DNA from: Akkermansia muciniphila ATCC BAA-835
Lineage (GTDB): Bacteria > Verrucomicrobiota > Verrucomicrobiia > Verrucomicrobiales > Akkermansiaceae
NCBI RefSeq assembly: GCF_000020225.1
Contig: NC_010655.1
Location: 1,290,001 to 1,322,000, forward strand
Direction: 5' to 3'
DNA length: 32,000 nt
Positions 6,306 through 13,610 of the stretch are shown in pieces; the stretch's first letter is position 1, and every line of letters starts with the position of its first letter. The notes beneath the pieces were generated by a model. That model was not told the DNA's origin, did no database searches, and saw nothing but the letters and a program-made list of their open reading frames with translations. The translations under genes and the position numbers were made by a program.

Positions 6306-6591
6306 TGCCGCGTTGCATGAACTTGACCCATACAGGACTTCACCGTTTCTTCCGCCGGGTCTGCCGGTACAGGAAACTGGCCGGGCTGCTCATCCGGCGT
6401 CCCAGATACCGTCTGCTCTGCGGAGACTGTGGGTTCTGTATGGGGGCATGCGGCAGAGCTGTGAAAGAGCAAGCCCGGGAGAACGGAAGCGGAGCTCTTT
6501 CCCTGTAAAAGGAAAGCGCCCCTCTCCACCTCTGGATCAATCATATAAGTATTATACCACAAACATCCAACGATAAGACTAACCGTTTTCT

Positions 6592-7809
6592 ATGAAGAAG
6601 CATAACATAATAGCAATGGCGTTGACGAGCCTCATGGCGCTTCCTGTAATCGCTCAAGACAGCACCCCTGCTGTTGGTGATATTTTGCAGGGCATCAACA
6701 TGTTCACTCCGGAAGAAGGTGATCCTGCCTGCAAGGTGAAGGCCAATGAGAAATACGGCACCCAATGGGGTGTGGATATGGCCTACGGGCTTTGGAATAC
6801 GGAAAAGGTTTCCGATGTTAAGCGCCATAACAACCTGGCTCTTCTTCATGCCCAGCTTAATCAGCGCCTTATTGAAGACAAGGCCAACGGGGGAACCTGG
6901 TTGCGTGTGGAATTTTCCGGTTCATGGGGGCTGGATCGTGAATCCGCACAGAGCGATACGTTTTTCACTGAAGCCTATGCCACGGCTTCCGGCTTGCATG
7001 CTGACGCGATGGGGCCTCATGAAGGAATATTCCCTGAAGTGGCGCTGATGCAATACTTTGCAGGGAAGCGCGCTTGCCTCATCGCAGGTATGGTGAATCT
7101 CACCAACTACTTTGATGCTGTCAGCATTGCCAATGACTCCTTCTCCTCTTTCACCAATGACGGGTTTGTGAACTCCACTATCCTACCTTTGGTGGACAGC
7201 AATATTGGCGGTATTCTGCAAGTTGAACTCAACCGCAATAATTACATGATGGTTGCCGTTTCCCGCACGGGATGCGATTCCGGATACAATCCTTTTAATT
7301 CCGATTATTGCGATGGTTATGCCGTGGTTGGCGAATACGGCCATATCTTTGCCGACGGCGCTGCGACTCTCCGCATCAATCCGTTCTATACCAGCACGGA
7401 TGTGGACATGGACGACGGGACCGGGGAACGCCGCCGCCAAAATGCCGGGCTTGTCGCGAGCATCGAATATACTCCCTGCGATCCTCTGACCATTTACTCC
7501 CGCGCCGGATTTGCCGCCAAACAATACTTGAGCAACTCCGCTGAATTCTCCGTGGGCGCCAACATTAAGCTCTTCCCTTCCCGTGAAGATGACTTCCTGG
7601 GCATTTCCTACGGTGTGTTCAAGGGGCAGACCCCCTGTGACGGAGAGCGCGCTGAGCATAACCGCGAACAGGTGCTGGAAGTCATGTACAGCTTCCAGGT
7701 GAATGATTATTTCAAAGTTGTTCCTCACTTCCAGTACATCGCGAATCCGGCTTACAGCACTTCCAGCGAAAACATTCTCTGGGGCGTTCAGGCAGTCTTT
7801 TCTTTCTGA
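6592..7809 (+). CDS. Outer-membrane beta-barrel porin, OprB (carbohydrate-selective porin) family-like
   Basis: Signal peptide MKKHNIIAMALTSLMALPVIAQD. Alternating beta-strand pattern, a C-terminal ...VVPHFQYIANPAYS... motif like the OprB xPDxQYIxNPG motif, and a terminal aromatic (VFSF). Confidence 0.75.
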   Translation: MKKHNIIAMALTSLMALPVIAQDSTPAVGDILQGINMFTPEEGDPACKVKANEKYGTQWGVDMAYGLWNTEKVSDVKRHNNLALLHAQLNQRLIEDKANGGTWLRVEFSGSWGLDRESAQSDTFFTEAYATASGLHADAMGPHEGIFPEVALMQYFAGKRACLIAGMVNLTNYFDAVSIANDSFSSFTNDGFVNSTILPLVDSNIGGILQVELNRNNYMMVAVSRTGCDSGYNPFNSDYCDGYAVVGEYGHIFADGAATLRINPFYTSTDVDMDDGTGERRRQNAGLVASIEYTPCDPLTIYSRAGFAAKQYLSNSAEFSVGANIKLFPSREDDFLGISYGVFKGQTPCDGERAEHNREQVLEVMYSFQVNDYFKVVPHFQYIANPAYSTSSENILWGVQAVFSF

Positions 7810-7964
7810 TCAGCTGATCCTGGACATGGCCGCCTTTTCTCTTAAATCAGGCATGGCCGGAGTTCCATGAAAACATAATGACATTAAATCTTCCTTGTCT
7901 GTCTCCATGCAGTGAGCGGAATCCTGCGTGAGAAAGATATAGAAGGGGTCTGCATGACCTGGCG

Positions 7965-8015
7965 GCAACGCCGCATTCTCGATCAGGTAGAGGATGCGGC
8001 GTTGCTTATTTGATT
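7965..8015 (+). terminator. Intrinsic terminator candidate downstream of the porin gene
   Basis: Perfect 12-bp stem GCAACGCCGCAT / ATGCGGCGTTGC (7965-7976 and 7994-8005) with a 17-nt loop, followed by TTATTTGATT. Confidence 0.6.
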
Positions 8016-8355
8016 ACGGAGCCATTTACCCTCCTTTATTGATGCCTGCTGGCGGAGCTTGGACCGGCAATGTATGCCGGGTCATGGAATGGCCTTCAGC
8101 CTTTCCTTATCTACCGTCAAATACTGACTGTTGAAGGTAGGAGGCTTCCCCAAGGCTATTCCGTAGAATTTTTATCCCAGGGAAAAATAAAAGCCGCCTG
8201 AAAATGGGCTTTCCCACCCCTGTCTCCGTTCCCGGAAAAAACGGAAAAGAAGGCTTTTTGCCACGCCGGAAGATGGATGGGAGCCGCAACGTTTCCGGGG
8301 GCCGAAGCGTTTAAAACCATATTGACTTAAACGGGAATTATCTTAAACTGACAGA

Positions 8356-8763
8356 ATGAGTAAGGTTCAATGGGAAATTTCAAATGATGAAGTGACCGAC
8401 CGTGATACTGCTCTGCGCCGCTTGCAGGAAGGAACGACCGGCCACGTGGTGTGCGCCCGCGACGGCGCGTGCCTCCAGTCTTATAAGGAAGCGGATGGCG
8501 TGTACCATTGCGAAATTGTATTCAAGACGGATTCCTGCTGCCCGCCGGTATTCGCCGCCCCGGAAGGGGTGACGGGAAAGGAGCTGGAAATGCTTTACGA
8601 TCGTTTTGCCAATGGGGACGATTTTTCCTTTGTGGAAAAGGAATGGGAACCTCTGATGGCCGTGGAATACCGCCATCGCCACAATGTGATGTGGTTCATC
8701 TTCCTGTTCATTGCGCTGGTAATTGCGGCCATGGCGGCATATCAGCACGGTTGGATTGAGTGA
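8356..8763 (+). CDS. Hypothetical tail-anchored membrane protein (135 aa)
   Basis: ORF with normal codon usage, a soluble Cys-containing N-terminal domain (5 Cys) and a C-terminal TM helix VMWFIFLFIALVIAAMAAY. TTGACT (8322-8327) -N16- TAAACT (8344-8349) ends 6 nt before the ATG. No family recognised. Confidence 0.5.
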   Translation: MSKVQWEISNDEVTDRDTALRRLQEGTTGHVVCARDGACLQSYKEADGVYHCEIVFKTDSCCPPVFAAPEGVTGKELEMLYDRFANGDDFSFVEKEWEPLMAVEYRHRHNVMWFIFLFIALVIAAMAAYQHGWIE

Positions 8764-8802
8764 CAGGGTAGAGGCTGGCTGCGGCAGGCGCCGTAGCAGA
8801 AA

Positions 8803-8835
8803 AACCTGCAAACCGTAGAAAATGGTTTGCAGGTT
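8803..8835. terminator. Perfect 12-bp hairpin between convergent genes (end of the feo operon)
   Basis: AACCTGCAAACC-gtagaaaat-GGTTTGCAGGTT. The minus-strand tail is TTTCTGC, a short T-tract. No T-tract follows on the plus strand. Confidence 0.5.
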
Positions 8836-8861
8836 CTGGATGGGATAACCGGGGCCGGGAT

Positions 8862-9047
8862 TTAATCCTGTTTTTCGTGGTCGTGATGGTGGCCGCCGCA
8901 GCAATTTCCGCCGCCACCGCAACAGCCGTCGCTGTCGTTGCCGCAACATCCGCAGTTGCCGCAGCACTTGCCGCGCTTACTGAAAATTTTGTATAACGCG
9001 TAGGCTAGGGCCAGGAAAAGAAGGGTGGCGATGATATATGTTCCCAT
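8862..9047 (-). CDS. FeoB-associated Cys-rich membrane peptide (61 aa)
   Basis: N-terminal TM helix MGTYIIATLLFLALAYALYKIF followed by KCCGNCGCCGNDSDGCCGGGGNCCGGHHHDHEKQD (9 Cys, 4 His). It sits directly downstream of feoB, as expected for the FeoB-associated Cys-rich family. Confidence 0.8.
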   Translation of the reverse strand: MGTYIIATLLFLALAYALYKIFSKRGKCCGNCGCCGNDSDGCCGGGGNCCGGHHHDHEKQD

Positions 9048-9081
9048 ATTGGTCAGTAGAGTTAAGGAATTGGTTTAGGAG

Positions 9082-11343
9082 TTATTTGGAGGCTGTATAA
9101 GGTTTCTTTGCCACTAGGTAAACGAACCCCAGCAGGAGCAATAGGGCAATGCCCTGCCCGATGCCGAAGGAAGCTTCCGCATAAAGCCATGCTCCCAGCT
9201 GGTAAATCAGGAAGGCCAGGCAGTACGCCAGGGCGCACATGTAGCCGATGGCGAAGAAGGTCCATTTGGCGCTGTTCATTTCCCTTCTGATAGCGCCCAT
9301 GGCCGCGAAGCAGGGGGCGCAGAGAAGATTGAAAATCATGAAGGAGAAAGCGCTCAGGAAGGTGAAGGCTCCCGCTTGGACCAGGCGGTCCCCGGTTTCC
9401 CTGATTTCCGCATCTTCATCTTCCTCTTCTTCCGCTTCAGCAGCGGATTCTCCGGAACCTTCCTCCAGGGATGCCTGGAGCTCCCGGCCGGCGGGGGACA
9501 TTTCCTGCGTTTCGGGGGAGTCCTCCGTTTTTTCCGCTTCATCTTCCCCGGAACTGCCGTCCGCATACAGGACGCCGAAGGTGCCTACCACGTTTTCCTT
9601 GGCAATCAATCCGGTAATGGTAGCCATGGTGGGTTTCCATTCACCCCAGCCCAGAGGCTGGAAGACAGGCGCGGCCACATTGCCGATGGAGGCCAGCATG
9701 CTGTCATTCTGCTCTACGGAATCCACCTTCCAGTTATAGCTGGAGAGGAACCAGATCAGGGCGCTGGACACAAAGATGACGGTCCCGGCTTTTTGCACGA
9801 AAGCCTTGCAGCGGTCCCATGCATGAATGATGACGTTCTTCCAGGCCGGGATGTGGTAAATGGGAAGTTCCATGACGAAGGGAGTGGGGTCCCCGGCGAA
9901 CATGGCAGTCTTTTTCAGAATAAGGCCGGAAAGGATGATGGCGCCCACCCCGATGAAATAGGCTCCCGGAGCCACCCAGGAATTTTCCGGGAAGAAGGCT
10001 CCGGCAATCAGGGCAATGATGGGAGTTTTGGCCCCGCAGGGGATGAACGTGGTGGTCATGATAGTCATGCGCCTGTCCTTTTCGTTCTCAATGGTGCGGG
10101 TCGCCATGACTCCAGGAACGCCGCACCCCATGGAAACGAGCATGGGAATAAAGGATTTCCCGGAAAGGCCGAATTTGCGGAAAATGCGGTCCATGATGAA
10201 CGCTACGCGGGCCATGTAGCCGCAATCCTCCAATATGCCCAGGCACAGGAACAGAACCGCCATTTGCGGGAGGAAGCCCAGAACGGCTCCCACGCCGGCA
10301 ATCACGCCGTCCTGGATCAGGCTTTCCAGCCATGGGGCGCAGCCGGCGTTTTCCAGCAGGCTTCCTACCCATTCCGGAACCCATTCCCCGAAGAAAGTAT
10401 CATTGGCCCAGTCTGTGCCCCATGCGCCTATCGTCTGAATGGAGATGTAATATACAGCCCACATGACGACGGCAAAAATGGGGAGGCCCAGCCAGCGGTT
10501 GGTGATGATGCGATCAATCCTGTCGCTGCCCGTCAGGCTGCCGGGGCTGGCTTTAACGACGGCGTCTTTGATGATGCGGGAAATGGAATTATAGCGTTCA
10601 TTGGTGATAATGGATTCACTGTCGTCATCCATTTCCCGTTCCATGGTTTCAATAATCCCGTTGATGCGGGATTGTTCCTCGGGATTGAGCGCGAGCTGGT
10701 CCGCGACTTTCTGGTCTCTTTCGAAAACTTTAACGGCAAACCATTTTTTCTGCTGATCCAGGCATTTTCCGGTGATGATTTCCCCAATTTCTCCGATGGC
10801 TTTTTCCAGATGGTCCGGAAAGTGGACGGCCTGCGGGGTCCGGGCGTCGTCCGACGCAGTCGTCGTTACTACGGCGTCTATCAGTTCACGGATGCCGGTC
10901 CCCTTGAGAGCGCTGATTTCCAGCACCTGGCAACCGAGGTTGCGTGCAAGTTTTTCCGTGTCGATCCTGTCGCCGCGCTTCCGGACAATGTCCATCATGT
11001 TCAGCGCTATAATGACGGGAACGCCCAGTTCGCAAAGCTGGGTGGTGAGGTAAAGATTGCGTTCCAGGTTGCTGCCGTCAACCAGGTTCAGGATGAGGGA
11101 GGGATGGTCCGTGACTAGGTAATTCCGGCTGACGACTTCCTCCAGGGTATAGGGGGAAAGGGAATAAATGCCCGGAAGGTCTTCAATGATGATATTTTTA
11201 TGGCCTTTCAGGCGGCCTTCCTTTTTTTCCACGGTGACGCCGGGCCAGTTCCCGACGTATTGGTTGGCGCCTGTCAGGGCGTTAAAGAGCGTGGTTTTCC
11301 CGCAGTTGGGGTTGCCCGCCAGGGCGATGGTAATGTTGCTCAT
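9082..11343 (-). CDS. feoB: Ferrous iron (divalent metal) transporter FeoB
   Basis: From the internal ATG at 11343: MSNITIALAGNPNCGKTTLFNALTG (G1), DLPGIYSL (G3) and a NMMD-type G4, then the polytopic membrane domain. The track ORF start at 11625 is an upstream extension. The protein carries a ~60-aa acidic insertion (9376-9561). Confidence 0.95.
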   Translation of the reverse strand: MSNITIALAGNPNCGKTTLFNALTGANQYVGNWPGVTVEKKEGRLKGHKNIIIEDLPGIYSLSPYTLEEVVSRNYLVTDHPSLILNLVDGSNLERNLYLTTQLCELGVPVIIALNMMDIVRKRGDRIDTEKLARNLGCQVLEISALKGTGIRELIDAVVTTTASDDARTPQAVHFPDHLEKAIGEIGEIITGKCLDQQKKWFAVKVFERDQKVADQLALNPEEQSRINGIIETMEREMDDDSESIITNERYNSISRIIKDAVVKASPGSLTGSDRIDRIITNRWLGLPIFAVVMWAVYYISIQTIGAWGTDWANDTFFGEWVPEWVGSLLENAGCAPWLESLIQDGVIAGVGAVLGFLPQMAVLFLCLGILEDCGYMARVAFIMDRIFRKFGLSGKSFIPMLVSMGCGVPGVMATRTIENEKDRRMTIMTTTFIPCGAKTPIIALIAGAFFPENSWVAPGAYFIGVGAIILSGLILKKTAMFAGDPTPFVMELPIYHIPAWKNVIIHAWDRCKAFVQKAGTVIFVSSALIWFLSSYNWKVDSVEQNDSMLASIGNVAAPVFQPLGWGEWKPTMATITGLIAKENVVGTFGVLYADGSSGEDEAEKTEDSPETQEMSPAGRELQASLEEGSGESAAEAEEEEDEDAEIRETGDRLVQAGAFTFLSAFSFMIFNLLCAPCFAAMGAIRREMNSAKWTFFAIGYMCALAYCLAFLIYQLGAWLYAEASFGIGQGIALLLLLGFVYLVAKKPYTASK

Positions 11344-11419
11344 GAATGGTTTCCTTGTCTTGATATATGGGTGCCCGTCTTGCTGTAAAGTCAGGAAACG
11401 TGCGGTAATAGAGGCGGAA

Positions 11420-11650
11420 TCAATGGATATGGATGTTCTCCGCTTCCGATTTGCGAATGGAGAGTTCGTACCCGCGGACAGTAACTTCAATGGGATCTCC
11501 CAGAGGGGCGACTTTGCGGATGAATATCTGCGTTCCCTTGGTAACCCCCATGTCCATGATGCGTCTTCTGACCGGGCCTTCCCCCGCCAGTTTGCCGACG
11601 GTGACGGTTTCCCCGATGAGGGCATCTCTCAATGTACGATGTTTGGTCAT
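11420..11650 (-). CDS. feoA: FeoA family protein (second copy, 76 aa)
   Basis: From the ATG at 11650: MTKHRTLRDALIGETVTVGKLAGEGPVRRRIMDMGVTKGTQIFIRKVAPLGDPIEVTVRGYELSIRKSEAENI. This is a FeoA SH3-like pattern. Confidence 0.85.
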   Translation of the reverse strand: MTKHRTLRDALIGETVTVGKLAGEGPVRRRIMDMGVTKGTQIFIRKVAPLGDPIEVTVRGYELSIRKSEAENIHIH

Positions 11651-11681
11651 AGAATAATGGTTGGTTGTTGGATGGAATAAC

Positions 11682-11894
11682 TCAGGCAACGAATATTTTG
11701 CTGGCAAGCGCCTTGCTGAGCGCAATCCTGGAGCCTTTGACGTTGATAATGAAATTACCGCCGTTTTCGGAAACGATGGAGACCGTGCTCCCGGCAACGA
11801 AGCCCAGGCTTTCTAGAAAACGCCGGGTTTCATCCTTGCCATGGATTTTGTTGACTTGGCGAATATCGCCGATGTTGAGCATGGAGAGTGGCAT
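11682..11894 (-). CDS. feoA: FeoA family protein (first copy, 70 aa)
   Basis: From the ATG at 11894: MPLSMLNIGDIRQVNKIHGKDETRRFLESLGFVAGSTVSIVSENGGNFIINVKGSRIALSKALASKIFV. Confidence 0.85.
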   Translation of the reverse strand: MPLSMLNIGDIRQVNKIHGKDETRRFLESLGFVAGSTVSIVSENGGNFIINVKGSRIALSKALASKIFVA

Positions 11895-11922
11895 GGTGCG
11901 TGTATGAATCAAATCCGGAAAG

Positions 11923-11951
11923 AAGTTAGTTTTATCAAACTGATAAGTCAA
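11923..11951 (-). promoter_or_regulatory. feo promoter-operator module TTGACT-N17-TAACTT with degenerate operator S7 (plus-strand TTAGTTTTATCAAA, 11926-11939)
   Basis: Minus strand reads TTGACTTATCAGTTTGATAAAACTAACTT. One half-site is exact (CTAAC) and the other has one mismatch (GTTTG). The module lies about 29 nt upstream of the feoA ATG. Confidence 0.55.
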
Positions 11952-12015
11952 TGATATTATTAGGATATATTTTTTCAATCAATGTCAAATGCGTTTAATA
12001 TAAATTGTTTGCGTA

Positions 12016-12029
12016 TTAGTTTAATCTAA
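12016..12029. promoter_or_regulatory. Operator site S5 (TTAGTTTAATCTAA), distal site upstream of the feo operon
   Basis: Exact TTAG-N6-CTAA, identical 14-mer to 6289-6302, located 122 nt upstream of the feoA ATG. Confidence 0.6.
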
Positions 12030-12103
12030 GTGTGGCCAGCGGGGAAGAGGCGGGGAATGGAAGTTTCCCGGCAGTGTCTGCCGTAGGAACTGGAAGGGAA
12101 ATG

Positions 12104-12141
12104 CAAAAAAGCCGCGCCAATGAATGTTCATTGGCGCGGCT
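12104..12141 (-). terminator. Intrinsic terminator after the cytochrome c peroxidase gene
   Basis: Perfect 15-bp stem AGCCGCGCCAATGAA / TTCATTGGCGCGGCT with a 2-nt loop. The minus-strand tail is TTTTTGCAT. Confidence 0.8.
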
Positions 12142-12164
12142 GGAAAAAGAGCTTTTCTTCAGAT

Positions 12165-13544
12165 TCAGGAGGCAGGGCAAACTTCGCCCTGGACGGGTTT
12201 GCCGTTGTATTCTCCGGTAAGCGTCTTCAGGAAAGCCACCAGAAGTCTCACTTCCTTCTTGTCCAGTTTATCGTAACCGAGCTGGTAATGGTACATTTTC
12301 GTAATGGCTTCCTCCAGAGTCTGTGCGGAGGCGTCATGCATGTACGGCCAGGTGAGTTCCACATTGCGGAGGGTCGGAACACGGAAGCGGTGCCTGTCCG
12401 ATTCCTTTTTGGAGAAATTCATCAGGCCGTTATCGTCGTTGGTCTTGGCGCGTCCGGCAAAGAAATCGCCTTTGAGGTCGGCGTATTCAAAGGACTGGCC
12501 TCCCATGGCGGGACCGGTGTGGCAGGTCTGGCAACCAAGCTTCAGGAAAAGCTTGTAACCTTTTTTGGCGTTCTCGCTGATGGCGTTTTCATCCCCTTTC
12601 AGGTAGCGGTCAAACGGGCTGTTCGGCGTGATAAGAGTTTTTTCATATTCCGCGATGGCATTCGTGATGGTCTCTCCGGTGAATCCCTGGGGGTAAACCT
12701 TTTTGAATTCTGCGGCAAAAGCGGTGTCCTGGTCCAGTTTGGCAGCGATCTTCTTCCAGTCATCCGGATGTTCGTACCCCATTTCCACCGGATTCAGGGG
12801 CGGTCCGCCGGCCTGTTCCTGGAGGTTGGCTGCGCGTCCGTCCCAAAATTGCTTGGCATGGAAAGCGGCATTGAAAACGGTGGGGGCATTGATGCCGCCT
12901 TTCTGGCCGCGGACTCCGGTGGAAGTGGGCAGGTTGTCCGTCCCGGCTTTTTCCAGGGAATGGCAGGAAGCGCAGGAAACGGTATTGTCCGTGGAAAGGC
13001 GCACGTCATGAAAAAGCTTGTAGCCCAGGGCCACTTTGGCCGGATCCGTGGGGAGGGCGTCCGGAATGGGGGCAAGAGGGGAAAGGGCGTATTCCTCTCC
13101 TACCATATCGCCGAAAATTTTCAGGCGCTCATCCTTGATCCACTGGAGCATGGCGTTTTTCTCCCGGAGAGTGAGCGTGCTGCCCCAGTGCACCATGGTG
13201 TAGGAAGTGGGGGGCATGGAATTGATTTGAAGCACATGTTCCAGCTTGGAAAGGGTGACGGCAGTGGGAGGTTCTTCCATATTGTAGCTGCGCTGCCCGT
13301 CCCTGATATGGCGCGCCAGCAGGCCTCCGGAAAGAGTATTGACCAGTTCGGAAATGTGAGTGCCGGGCTTGTGGCAGTCCGCACATTTGGAATTCATGGT
13401 CTGTGCGGTAATTTCCGCCGCCTGGGCGGACGTCAGTGGCTTGACATTCTGGTTCGGCAGGAACAGGGGGGCGACAGCCGCCGTCACGATGACCGTGCCG
13501 CCCAGAATGGCTCCTGCCTTGATGAAGGAACATGTTTTGCTCAT
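12165..13544 (-). CDS. Tri-haem cytochrome c peroxidase (bacterial CCP/MauG family with an extra N-terminal haem domain; YhjA-like)
   Basis: Three CxxCH motifs (CADCH, CASCH, CQTCH), an N-terminal TM/signal anchor, and CCP-family blocks such as FHDVRLSTDNTVSCASCH, FWDGRA and VPTLRNVELTWPYMHD. Confidence 0.88.
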   Translation of the reverse strand: MSKTCSFIKAGAILGGTVIVTAAVAPLFLPNQNVKPLTSAQAAEITAQTMNSKCADCHKPGTHISELVNTLSGGLLARHIRDGQRSYNMEEPPTAVTLSKLEHVLQINSMPPTSYTMVHWGSTLTLREKNAMLQWIKDERLKIFGDMVGEEYALSPLAPIPDALPTDPAKVALGYKLFHDVRLSTDNTVSCASCHSLEKAGTDNLPTSTGVRGQKGGINAPTVFNAAFHAKQFWDGRAANLQEQAGGPPLNPVEMGYEHPDDWKKIAAKLDQDTAFAAEFKKVYPQGFTGETITNAIAEYEKTLITPNSPFDRYLKGDENAISENAKKGYKLFLKLGCQTCHTGPAMGGQSFEYADLKGDFFAGRAKTNDDNGLMNFSKKESDRHRFRVPTLRNVELTWPYMHDASAQTLEEAITKMYHYQLGYDKLDKKEVRLLVAFLKTLTGEYNGKPVQGEVCPAS

Positions 13545-13610
13545 GAGATTCTCAATGACGTGGAATTGCCCGGATGGTAAAAGGGGAAGGATAAAAAATC
13601 AAGATTTATT

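Noticed and set aside
6299-6576. Short ORFs in the porin leader (6305-6508 and 6313-6576 on the plus strand; 6299-6562 and 6340-6540 on the minus strand)
   Set aside because: They overlap one another. The plus-strand ORFs are Arg-rich and start at TTG. The minus-strand ORF has no plausible promoter. I reported the region as an unexplained leader rather than calling a CDS.
6306-6591. Possible metal riboswitch in the porin leader
   Set aside because: I looked for the yybP-ykoY hallmark (GGGGAGUAG ... UUGACA) and for a B12 box and did not see them. I cannot run covariance models, so this is rejected only provisionally.
8107-8289. 60-aa minus-strand ORF in the porin-downstream gap
   Set aside because: Its composition is odd (Phe/Arg/Pro/Gly-rich), with no start context or homology signal. 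It sits amid hairpins.
9376-13580. Long plus-strand ORFs 9376-11118 (580 aa) and 12120-13580 (486 aa)
   Set aside because: They are antisense shadows of feoB and the cytochrome c peroxidase. They are Gly/Arg/His-rich and have no family motifs.
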